DNA from: a virus
Taxonomy: Duplodnaviria; Caudoviricetes
Virus record (IMG/VR): IMGVR_UViG_3300017814_000114
Location: 28,052-92,051 of that record
Reading direction: 5' to 3' (one strand)
Length of the DNA stretch: 64,000 nucleotides
The position numbers and the translations under genes are program-made. The notes under the pieces were generated by a model. It was given only the letters and a program-made list of their open reading frames with translations. It ran no database searches and was not told where the DNA came from. Below are positions 39,975 to 48,265 of this stretch, piece after piece. Positions within the stretch are counted from its first letter, which is position 1. Every line of letters starts with the position of its first letter.

Positions 39975-40557
39975 AAGTATATTGCTCTCTTTGGCTTGTG
40001 GTGGAATCCCAAACTTGTCATTTAAGGATGATATAGCAATGACAAATTCGGTAAGAGATTTATTAACTATTACTGAAAGTATAAAGATTGATAATACAGA
40101 AAGTAATAAAAATAACAATACCGATAATAATATTTCCTACGATCAATCTTTTATTAAGATGTACGAAATCATGAATGATATAAATCATTATAGCATCCAG
40201 AATCCATCCGAAAACTTTCAAACTATATATTCTAAAGTTTATAGGAGATTAAATTACCTTTCTAAATTAGATGAAGGATGGGATGGGTTTTACGCTAAAC
40301 CTGTTAACAGGGAAGTTCTCATTAGGCTAGAAAACTTGTTGGGAAAAATGGACATTCACGATATTAACAAATGGGCTATTTTCCCTGATTTGGATGGAAA
40401 TTTATATTTAGATTTAAAATCAACGTCAAAATATGCAGGGATAAATATTTACAATAGTACTTTTTCATATTTCGTTGAAGATGAAACCCTACATGGACAA
40501 GATGATATACCTTTTTCTATCGATGAATTAATTAAAGTGATGAAGTCAGTAGCATAA
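39967..40557 (+). CDS. Hypothetical protein with L..L..GWDG..AKP motif
   Basis: Overlaps both neighbours; N/D-rich low-complexity N-terminal half. Confidence 0.7.
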   Translation: MIESILLSLACGGIPNLSFKDDIAMTNSVRDLLTITESIKIDNTESNKNNNTDNNISYDQSFIKMYEIMNDINHYSIQNPSENFQTIYSKVYRRLNYLSKLDEGWDGFYAKPVNREVLIRLENLLGKMDIHDINKWAIFPDLDGNLYLDLKSTSKYAGINIYNSTFSYFVEDETLHGQDDIPFSIDELIKVMKSVA

Positions 40558-41003
40558 TGGATGGAGAGATAAAAGATTCTGAAACATTAGTGAGATCGTT
40601 ATATTCTCCTTCCTTTTTTGATGATGATCGATTATCACCTTATGCTTTTACTTTGATAATCCTTAATAACTCTAAACGAGAAGATGGAGTTTCAGTTCTT
40701 AGAAAAGATTTACCAGAGTTTGAACATGACCTTAAGTATCTTAAGACTCTTAAACCGAGAAATCCAGAAGATTCATACGCAGGGTATGCTTCTTTAGTTG
40801 CAAAAGACGTTAGAAATATACACATAAAGTCTCCTAAACATATGGAAATCGATGTTATTCCAAAGCCTTCAAAAAAGATGAAAACGCATTCAGAAATAAT
40901 TCTAAAAATTGAGGGAGAAAAAATAATAGCAGGTAATACATCAAGAGAATACCGAATATTCTGCGCTAAATTAGCCTATTTAGCGCAATGGGAAAAGAAA
41001 TAG
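40557..41003 (+). CDS. Hypothetical protein, possibly ART-fold toxin
   Basis: LVR...AF...GVSV.R...H.EI motif order; TAATG coupling. Confidence 0.5.
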   Translation: MDGEIKDSETLVRSLYSPSFFDDDRLSPYAFTLIILNNSKREDGVSVLRKDLPEFEHDLKYLKTLKPRNPEDSYAGYASLVAKDVRNIHIKSPKHMEIDVIPKPSKKMKTHSEIILKIEGEKIIAGNTSREYRIFCAKLAYLAQWEKK

Positions 41004-41175
41004 CTGACCTTAAAAAAATATGGTGTTGTCATAATGCGCGAAAATTAAAATTACCCATACTAAAGATTTTGCTAAAACTCAGTTTTTTGGTATTTTATTC
41101 GTAATTTTCTCTTATATTATTTTCTATAATACAGAAAATAATATATTTTTGCAAAGTAATTATATGCATATGAGG

Positions 41176-42180
41176 ATGAACAGATTAGAATTGTATAAAC
41201 AATTAGAACATTATCGCAATTCCAAATTGTTAGTTTATGTTACAGGTTCAAGACAAGGACTTGAAACACAGATTGCTAATGACATTCTTCCAAAAGTATC
41301 AGAGCATTTAGATAAAATAGGCGATACAGACAAAATTTCCTTATATCTATTTACAAATGGAGGGAACACACTAACGGCTTGGAGTTTGGTAAACTTGATT
41401 AAAAGCTTCTGCAAAAATTTTGAAGTAATTATACCATCTAATTGTTTTAGCTCAGGGACATTAATTTGTTTGGGATCAAATAATATTGTTATGACAAAAC
41501 AAGCTATGTTGGGACCAATTGACCCAAGTGTAAATGGCCCATTAAATCCAGCGATACCAGGATTACAACAAGACCCTAATGCAAAAGTTCCCGTAAGTGT
41601 AGAACATGTAAACGCTTACATTAATATGGCTAAAAAGGATTTTGGAATTACGAATCAGAAATATATGACAGAGATACTGCTTAAATTATCTGAAAAAATT
41701 CATCCATTAACATTAGGACAGGTTTATAAATCAAAAAGTCAGATACAAATGTTAGCAAGGAAATTGATGAAAGGACAGCATCTTAAACACGATAAAGAAA
41801 ATGCTATAATTAAATTCCTCTGTAGTGAATCTGGTAGCCATGATTATTCGATACGAAGAAAAGAAGCAAGTGAAAATTTGGGATTGCCGATAGAGAAACC
41901 AACAATGGAAGAATATACCGTTATTAAAGCGATATATGACGATATTTCCAAGGAATTAGAGTTGGATAATCCCTATAATCCTAATATCTATTTAAGTAAT
42001 CAAGATAATGCCCATTATTCATTTAGGCGAGGATTAATTGAATCTTTAGAAGGAGGAACTGATGTTTTTGTTAGTGAAGGGACATTATCAAAGACAACTA
42101 TCCAACTTCAGCCAGGGATTGTTCAACAAATGGCATTGAATGATAATAGAACTTTTGAAGGTTGGCGACATGAAAATTAA
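41176..42180 (+). CDS. ClpP-fold serine protease (SDH family)
   Basis: TNGG, FSSGTLI.LG, LGPIDP, SHDY motifs; the TTG start at 41149 lies inside the TATTTTTG promoter box. Confidence 0.85.
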   Translation: MNRLELYKQLEHYRNSKLLVYVTGSRQGLETQIANDILPKVSEHLDKIGDTDKISLYLFTNGGNTLTAWSLVNLIKSFCKNFEVIIPSNCFSSGTLICLGSNNIVMTKQAMLGPIDPSVNGPLNPAIPGLQQDPNAKVPVSVEHVNAYINMAKKDFGITNQKYMTEILLKLSEKIHPLTLGQVYKSKSQIQMLARKLMKGQHLKHDKENAIIKFLCSESGSHDYSIRRKEASENLGLPIEKPTMEEYTVIKAIYDDISKELELDNPYNPNIYLSNQDNAHYSFRRGLIESLEGGTDVFVSEGTLSKTTIQLQPGIVQQMALNDNRTFEGWRHEN

Positions 42181-42352
42181 TACTATGGCTTTAAGTAAAA
42201 TATCAAGCACTGGATATAATCCAAAAACTGAATTAAGAACAAATTCTTATAGTGCAAAATTGTTCAGTGAAAATTCAGCAGTAAAGAATACAACTGCAGA
42301 GTTTATAAAAAATAAGACTGTAATCATTTCTAATGAAATAAGAAAGTTTTGA
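42170..42352 (+). CDS. 60-aa S/T/N/K-rich peptide
   Basis: ATG overlaps the protease stop region. Confidence 0.5.
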   Translation: MKINTMALSKISSTGYNPKTELRTNSYSAKLFSENSAVKNTTAEFIKNKTVIISNEIRKF

Positions 42353-42362
42353 GTCACATATT

Positions 42363-42599
42363 ATGCTTGAACGAGAATTTAAATATTACCTGAAGCATCA
42401 AAATGAGTTGCTTAAAAAGTATAACAATAGATATATTGTTATTGTAGGTGACAATGTTATAGGTGATTATGACAATGCATTAGATGCTTTTGAAGAAGCA
42501 AGTAAAAAGTACGAAGCGGGTAAATTTCTTATTCAAGAATGTACGGAAGGAAAAGGAGCTTACACTCAGACGTTTCATTCAAGAGTGAGTTTTGCGTAA
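42363..42599 (+). CDS. DUF5678-like small protein
   Basis: F.YY..HQ.ELLKKY..RYIVI....VIG.YD...A. Confidence 0.7.
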   Translation: MLEREFKYYLKHQNELLKKYNNRYIVIVGDNVIGDYDNALDAFEEASKKYEAGKFLIQECTEGKGAYTQTFHSRVSFA

Positions 42600-43159
42600 T
42601 GAAAATAAGTTCATTTACCCAAATATGTTCTAAAGAAGAACGTTGTTTAACTACTCTTTGTGGTGCTAGTGAAGCCTTTGACCCACAAAAGAGAGATAAA
42701 AATTTTCCCCATATTACTCAATATAAATCAATATGGGATACTGGTGCGATGGGAATTGTTGTAACCAAAAACGTAATAGAAAGACTAAAGCTACAACCTA
42801 TTCGCCCTATCCATGTTGAAACAGCCTCTGGTCCATATGATACTTTCGCATATTTGATTAATTTGTATCTTCCCAATAATATCTTGATACCTGGAGTTTG
42901 GGTTTCAGAAGGGAAAATTGTAGATGCTGACATCCTTATCGGTATGGATGTAATATCCAGAGGTGACTTTGCCATCTCATCTTCAGATAAAAGTACGAAA
43001 TTTACGTTTCAAATGCCATCAAACCACAATACTGATTATGTTTATGAAGCTCAACTAATAGATAAATACCAAAAAATTCATGTTGAATGGATAAAACATG
43101 GCAATAATAGATGTCCTTGTGGTAGTGGAAAACAATGGAATCAGTGTCATGGTAAATAA
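42599..43159 (+). CDS. Retropepsin-like aspartic protease with C-terminal SEC-C motif
   Basis: WDTGA, DILIGMD, CPCGSGK.W..CHG; start at the TAATG overlap (42599). Confidence 0.88.
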   Translation: MKISSFTQICSKEERCLTTLCGASEAFDPQKRDKNFPHITQYKSIWDTGAMGIVVTKNVIERLKLQPIRPIHVETASGPYDTFAYLINLYLPNNILIPGVWVSEGKIVDADILIGMDVISRGDFAISSSDKSTKFTFQMPSNHNTDYVYEAQLIDKYQKIHVEWIKHGNNRCPCGSGKQWNQCHGK

Positions 43160-43298
43160 AATCATTTATTAAGTAAAAGTTAATTACGACACCCTATTTT
43201 TTTAGGATTATAAGGGGGGAGTATTGTCATATATAGGCACCTATAATTATGAATATAGTATGTCGATCTAATTAAGCTATTTTAAGCCGTTTGAGAAG

Positions 43299-43331
43299 AG
43301 GAACATCGTACGCCGATTGTTCCTCTTCTTT
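43299..43331 (+). terminator. Terminator hairpin (copy of 3286..3316)
   Basis: aggaacatcg/cgattgttcct stem. Confidence 0.7.
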
Positions 43332-43368
43332 CTTAAATGTCATTTCCTTGTAAAATTTTCGTCTTGAG

Positions 43369-43401
43369 TTTTTGATAAGAAATAAATTTCCTCTACATTT
43401 G
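43369..43401 (+). promoter_or_regulatory. Housekeeping promoter of the pentapeptide-FRG operon, copy 2
   Basis: TTTG and TACATTTG boxes. Confidence 0.8.
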
Positions 43402-43418
43402 ACTTCAAATTTCAATAC

Positions 43419-44345
43419 ATGAAAACAAAGTTTACCATTCCATTTAAATTAAAGCCATCATTTAAAGAATGGGTTTGTATTATTGTTGTCCTTTTTTTTA
43501 GCCCTTTTATAGGTGTCTTTATTAATTATAGCACCTCATTATATCTCGGCGACCTATACACTTTCGGGATATCCGATCGAAAGGATTTCTTCACAGTGTG
43601 GATCGCTTTATTTGGTGCTATAGGCATTGCATTCAATATATACCAGAACCAAAAGAGGACGAAGAACCAAGAAAAACAACTTGAAAAACAACAGGCACAA
43701 ATTGAGCTACAAAGCAAGTCGCAACGTGATAGCAGATTTTCGAAAGGCATCGAATTATTAGGTAATGACAATGAATCAGCCAGAACCGGAGCGGCTTATA
43801 GTTTATGCTTTCTAGCAAAAGATTTTCCAGATGAATTTTCGAAACCCGTATTTGACATTCTATGTTCTCATATCAGGACGCTTACTACTTCCGATGATTA
43901 TTTAGAAAAACATCCAACAGTGTCAAATGAAGTACAAACAATATTAAATTTATTGTTTAAAACTACAGACGGCAGTAATATAACTCCATTTTCTACTTAT
44001 AAAGCAAATTTGAGTAGAGCACATTTAGAAGGAGCGGATTTGGAAAAGGCTCATTTAGAAAAAGCTTATTTGTTCGATGTCAATTTAGAAAGTGCTATTT
44101 TGCATGATGCTAATTTAGAGAAGGCTCATTTATTCCGAGCTCATTTGGAAAATGCTTTTTTAGAAAAAGCCCATTTAGAAAAGGCCTTTTTGCAAGAGGC
44201 TGTTTTAGAAGAGGCTGTTTTGGAAGGAGCATTTATCTATTCCTCCCAAAAAACAGTTCTTAAACAAAGTGGAGCCGATTTATCTGGCGTCGAATGGGTT
44301 AATAACGAAGAACAAACAATTATAACAGATAAAGATTCCCTGTGA
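43419..44345 (+). CDS. Membrane-anchored pentapeptide-repeat protein, copy 2
   Basis: Paralog of 4743..5807; AHLEK-type repeats. Confidence 0.88.
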   Translation: MKTKFTIPFKLKPSFKEWVCIIVVLFFSPFIGVFINYSTSLYLGDLYTFGISDRKDFFTVWIALFGAIGIAFNIYQNQKRTKNQEKQLEKQQAQIELQSKSQRDSRFSKGIELLGNDNESARTGAAYSLCFLAKDFPDEFSKPVFDILCSHIRTLTTSDDYLEKHPTVSNEVQTILNLLFKTTDGSNITPFSTYKANLSRAHLEGADLEKAHLEKAYLFDVNLESAILHDANLEKAHLFRAHLENAFLEKAHLEKAFLQEAVLEEAVLEGAFIYSSQKTVLKQSGADLSGVEWVNNEEQTIITDKDSL

Positions 44346-44416
44346 TAAACAAAAAAGGAGTAGTCACTTAAAACGGCTTATTATATTAATTCCACTTATA
44401 CTATAAACACATTATC

Positions 44417-45337
44417 ATGGATGATATATTAAAAGAAATTCATTGTACCGATGCTAAAGATTTTATTTCAAAGTTTTCGTATGGAGGTGAATATTTTCAT
44501 TTACGAAATGAAAATTTTATTTTCAGAGGAGAACCTTCGGATCAATATTCTCTCATACCAAGTTCTTTGCGAGAAAAAAATCGGACAAACATTGAGAGAA
44601 TAATAAGGAACTTCATTCCTGAATTTTCAAAAGACATTTTTGACTTGTCCATAGAATATCATCAAATTACTTCAGAATATATACTACTTAGCATGTTTTT
44701 TAGAGAATGTGATCGCAATGGTTTATATATTCCAGACATAACCGATCTTAGATCTTTAGCAGCGGTCAAGATACCTTTACAAGAAGAGCTAGATAATATA
44801 GAGAAGTGGCTACCACTTAATTATATTGAACTTGCAGGCTTAGCTCAACATTATGGAATATATACAAGATTGCTTGATTGGAGTTTCGATTTTAATGTTG
44901 CACTATATTTTGCCGTATCTGGTTACATGCTAAATAAAACAGATAACCATCCTAAAAACATAGTAATATGGGCATTAAATACAGAGATTGTAGTAAATAA
45001 CAAATTCGATATGACGGGATTAAAAATTACTGTCCCAAAATATAATAGTAATCCTAATTTATGTGCACAAAAAGGAGTTTTCACCTTGTGGCAAATAACA
45101 AATACAGGAAGGGATTTTGAAATGCATACTAATAGAGCCCCTTTAGATCAGTTGATTAAAAAGAATTCTGAACTTATAATAACAAATACAAAGAATGGCA
45201 ATCCACTATATAAAATATATATCCCAGTCGAGAATTATCACGAGCTAAAGACTTATTTAGAGACATCAGGTTATGATTCAGCCAGGCTATTCCCTGGATA
45301 TGGGGGTGCTGCCAAATATATTTTAAATAATCTTTAA
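44417..45337 (+). CDS. FRG-domain protein, copy 2
   Basis: FIFRGE, LAQHYGIYTRLLDWS. Confidence 0.9.
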   Translation: MDDILKEIHCTDAKDFISKFSYGGEYFHLRNENFIFRGEPSDQYSLIPSSLREKNRTNIERIIRNFIPEFSKDIFDLSIEYHQITSEYILLSMFFRECDRNGLYIPDITDLRSLAAVKIPLQEELDNIEKWLPLNYIELAGLAQHYGIYTRLLDWSFDFNVALYFAVSGYMLNKTDNHPKNIVIWALNTEIVVNNKFDMTGLKITVPKYNSNPNLCAQKGVFTLWQITNTGRDFEMHTNRAPLDQLIKKNSELIITNTKNGNPLYKIYIPVENYHELKTYLETSGYDSARLFPGYGGAAKYILNNL

Positions 45338-45366
45338 GCATAAACATTTTAATCAATTGTAAAACT

Positions 45367-46869
45367 ATGAATGAGAATCTTTCCAAAACAAATACTTATG
45401 CGTTACTAATCGGTAATAATAACTATCTTGGAAATGAGTTAAACAATGCCGTAAACGATGCAGAAGGTATTAAAGAAATGTTTGATAAGCTAGGATATAA
45501 AACAGATATAAGAACAAATTTTAAGCGTGATGATATTGCAGCAATCAAAGAAAATTTAAAAGAAAACATAAAGAATATTGAAATAGGCATTTTCTATTTT
45601 GCTGGACATGCCTTTGAAATAGACAACAAAAACTATATTGCACCTATTGATTGCCCCTTTTCTAGTAAAGAAAAATCTAATTGTACCTTTTATTGCATGA
45701 CATTGGATGAAATAATCGAGATATTTGATAAATCCACTTGCCAAATAAAAATCATCATACTTGATGCCTGTCGAAATAATCCATTTAAAGGGACTAGAGG
45801 TATAGGAGCATGTACTCTTGCACCAATCAAAGTAACGAAAGGATACATTATCGCATATTCCACATCACCTGGTGAGACGGCATTGGATAATTCTTCGGGC
45901 CCAACCAATCATGGTGTATACGCAAGTGCTTTTATTTCTCACTTGGAAGAGAAACATTTACCTGTGGAGAATTTTTTTAAAAAAGTGAGAGAAACAGTGT
46001 ATTCATTAACTGAAGGTAAACAGGTTTCATGGGAGCATACTTCTTTGATAGGAGATTTTTGCTTTAATAAAGGCGGAATCTCTTATAAAGATCTTCCCTA
46101 TAGCGAAGAGGCTATAAAGGATTACAAATACAAAAATCACGGTTCTCCATTTGATGATATTATTAATGGACTAAAATCTTATGATTGGGGAATACAAAAA
46201 GAAGCTATAACAAAAATTGCAAAGAATATTAATGCCGATATTAACGAACAGTTTGTTTTAGGTAGAAATATTTTGCAAGCATCTGATGGAAATTCCTATG
46301 AGGCACAAATATTCATAGATAAATTAGATAACAACATCAAGTCTTATACAACACCACAAGGAGACAATCACATATTAAACGGAATACTATATGAAATATA
46401 TTTCAATTCTCGTGGGGAATTTAGAACACTTGACAATGCCAAATGTCAAGGAGACATTGATAAAATATTCTCATTGCAATATAATCCAAATTACAAAAAA
46501 TCATTTCTTTTTATATCGGACCTCTTAGCTGAATATCAAGACTCTTTATACTATGTTCCAAATGGCGCTAGTAATAATATAATATCAATTACAGTAACTT
46601 TTAGCGATGAAAAAGGAACAGATATTATTGGCAATTCAGAAGTTCATAATGTAATTAATAAAATTTCGGTAGGAGCACAAGACATTACAAAAAAGATGAG
46701 AAGTAAATATACGATTTGCAATGCATCTAAAGAGGATTTGACATTGAATATTGCTAAATGTTTGGTAGCTTATTCGCAGGACATAGCATATAATCCTGAA
46801 ATACCTGATAAAAATTTATATTTAAATCTTTATTCTGAGGTAATTGATTGGAGTACATTATTAAAATAG
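45367..46869 (+). CDS. Caspase-family (C14) protease with uncharacterised C-terminal domain
   Basis: ALLIGN..Y, L.NAVNDA, FAGHA (His), LDACR (Cys), YSTSPG..A.D. Confidence 0.92.
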   Translation: MNENLSKTNTYALLIGNNNYLGNELNNAVNDAEGIKEMFDKLGYKTDIRTNFKRDDIAAIKENLKENIKNIEIGIFYFAGHAFEIDNKNYIAPIDCPFSSKEKSNCTFYCMTLDEIIEIFDKSTCQIKIIILDACRNNPFKGTRGIGACTLAPIKVTKGYIIAYSTSPGETALDNSSGPTNHGVYASAFISHLEEKHLPVENFFKKVRETVYSLTEGKQVSWEHTSLIGDFCFNKGGISYKDLPYSEEAIKDYKYKNHGSPFDDIINGLKSYDWGIQKEAITKIAKNINADINEQFVLGRNILQASDGNSYEAQIFIDKLDNNIKSYTTPQGDNHILNGILYEIYFNSRGEFRTLDNAKCQGDIDKIFSLQYNPNYKKSFLFISDLLAEYQDSLYYVPNGASNNIISITVTFSDEKGTDIIGNSEVHNVINKISVGAQDITKKMRSKYTICNASKEDLTLNIAKCLVAYSQDIAYNPEIPDKNLYLNLYSEVIDWSTLLK

Positions 46870-46883
46870 AAAAATCTCGCCTT

Positions 46884-47124
46884 TTCCTTTGCTATCTCAA
46901 ATATTCTTTCGATATTTGTCCCAGTCAAACGTCCACGAACGATTTCGTGTCGCAGAGCGCGGTTAATGCTCAACATACAACGTCGGGCTTTTTTTATGCC
47001 CGGCCGTAAAATATGGCGGCTGCTTATTCCTTTCATTTTTTTGTGCTCCGGCATGAATCTGTGGACGTTTGACGACGGGGAATGGCAGCCGTTTTTCTGT
47101 CTAAAATGTCAAACGCCCACAGTT
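46884..47124 (+). ncRNA. c4/CI-like antisense RNA leader, prophage B
   Basis: gtcaaacgtccac at 46924, complement gtggacgtttgac at 47061, gtcaaacgcccac at 47108. Confidence 0.65.
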
Positions 47125-47382
47125 ATGAAAACAAATCAAATGGGAATGCTCCTTCTCCCAGCTCCAGCCAAGAGAGCTAAAAGAATCAACTGGCACCTTG
47201 TCCGTGCCGAGATTATCAAATTTTACAATCGTTATGTGCCAGAAGAATTCAAGATAAAGACTAAAAGCGATGCCTTCAATTCTTTGTCCGTATACACACT
47301 TGCCATCAGTCTGATAATACCATACGTTATACCTGCTTTTGCTTGGTGCGTATATAAAGCAAAGAGAGGAGGTAACAAATGA
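47125..47382 (+). CDS. Small membrane protein, homolog of 8156..8416
   Basis: MKTN start 4 nt after the third box; SDA and CVYK shared. Confidence 0.6.
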   Translation: MKTNQMGMLLLPAPAKRAKRINWHLVRAEIIKFYNRYVPEEFKIKTKSDAFNSLSVYTLAISLIIPYVIPAFAWCVYKAKRGGNK

Positions 47383-47732
47383 GTATTCTTAATATATCCC
47401 ACGAAGGAAAAATCATCGAATATGTAGACCAACGCAAAGCCCCTAACCGGGCTTTCGAAGAAATGAAAAAATGCTTTGAAGAATGCGCGCAAAAATGTCT
47501 GACATTCGAAGAATCATACGAAAAGATATCAGACAACTTTAACACACTCAAGTCCTCTGCATTCAAATCCGGCACCGGAAACATGAAAATTGATAAATAC
47601 TTTCAGACATCATACTACAACGACATCAACTCCATCTATCTTAGATATAGTAATGAAGATGTGATATGCATATTCAATCAATATGGGAAACCAAAAGAAA
47701 AGGAGGATGACGAAGATGGAGAGAAAGATTAA
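47379..47732 (+). CDS. Hypothetical phage protein
   Basis: Coupled ORF. Confidence 0.55.
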   Translation: MSILNISHEGKIIEYVDQRKAPNRAFEEMKKCFEECAQKCLTFEESYEKISDNFNTLKSSAFKSGTGNMKIDKYFQTSYYNDINSIYLRYSNEDVICIFNQYGKPKEKEDDEDGEKD

Positions 47733-47952
47733 TATCAATCTGCCGGAGAAGTTACAAGAAACGATTTCCCGGTACCAAGAAGACGATGGAGAGCTCGCAC
47801 AATATTATATCAAACTATTGGACGAAGTCAGTGGATATTTTTTAAACGAAAACGTGCTATCCGTTGTTGATATAGACATGGCGAAACTGATATCCATGCT
47901 TCGCGACATCCGAGCGATAAGAATGGATTTATCCAGTTTTGTAGCGAAATAA
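47716..47952 (+). CDS. Hypothetical phage protein
   Basis: Helical ORF, loosely similar in size and position to 8403..8654; start uncertain. Confidence 0.5.
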   Translation: MERKININLPEKLQETISRYQEDDGELAQYYIKLLDEVSGYFLNENVLSVVDIDMAKLISMLRDIRAIRMDLSSFVAK

Positions 47953-48013
47953 TACGCATGATCCTTTTATGTAAAGTCTTATTTGTTTATCTTAGCACAA
48001 AAAAAGAAAAGAT

Positions 48014-48193
48014 ATGGATTTCTTATTAACGATATTTGGTGTAGCCCTTATTTGGATCGTAGCCAATTTGATATTAGCATTTTTCTTGGTCCCTTATCAA
48101 TGGCACGGAGATAAAGCCAAATGCGCTTATCTGTTATCTGTTATCATAACGCCATTCTTAGCAGTCCCCGTTATTGCTATGATGTGGAGTTAG
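48014..48193 (+). CDS. 59-aa two-TM protein (not in the ORF track)
   Basis: MDFLLTIFGVALIWIVANLILAFFLVPYQWHGDKAKCAYLLSVIITPFLAVPVIAMMWS; TATCTTAG box at 47988. Confidence 0.55.
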   Translation: MDFLLTIFGVALIWIVANLILAFFLVPYQWHGDKAKCAYLLSVIITPFLAVPVIAMMWS

Positions 48194-48205
48194 CATAACG
48201 TATTT

Positions 48206-48240
48206 GTACTTTAAGATTTTGCCCATACCGGCTATTTTTA
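48206..48240 (+). promoter_or_regulatory. Putative late promoter
   Basis: GTACTTT-N20-TATTTTTA. Confidence 0.55.
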
Positions 48241-48265
48241 CTGTAAAAAGTAAAGATATACCGAT

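Noticed and set aside
43283-44380. 10-bp inverted repeat (taagccgttt / aaacggctta) around pentapeptide gene copy 2, as an invertible or mobile unit
   Set aside because: Too short, absent around copy 1, and no dedicated invertase or transposase nearby
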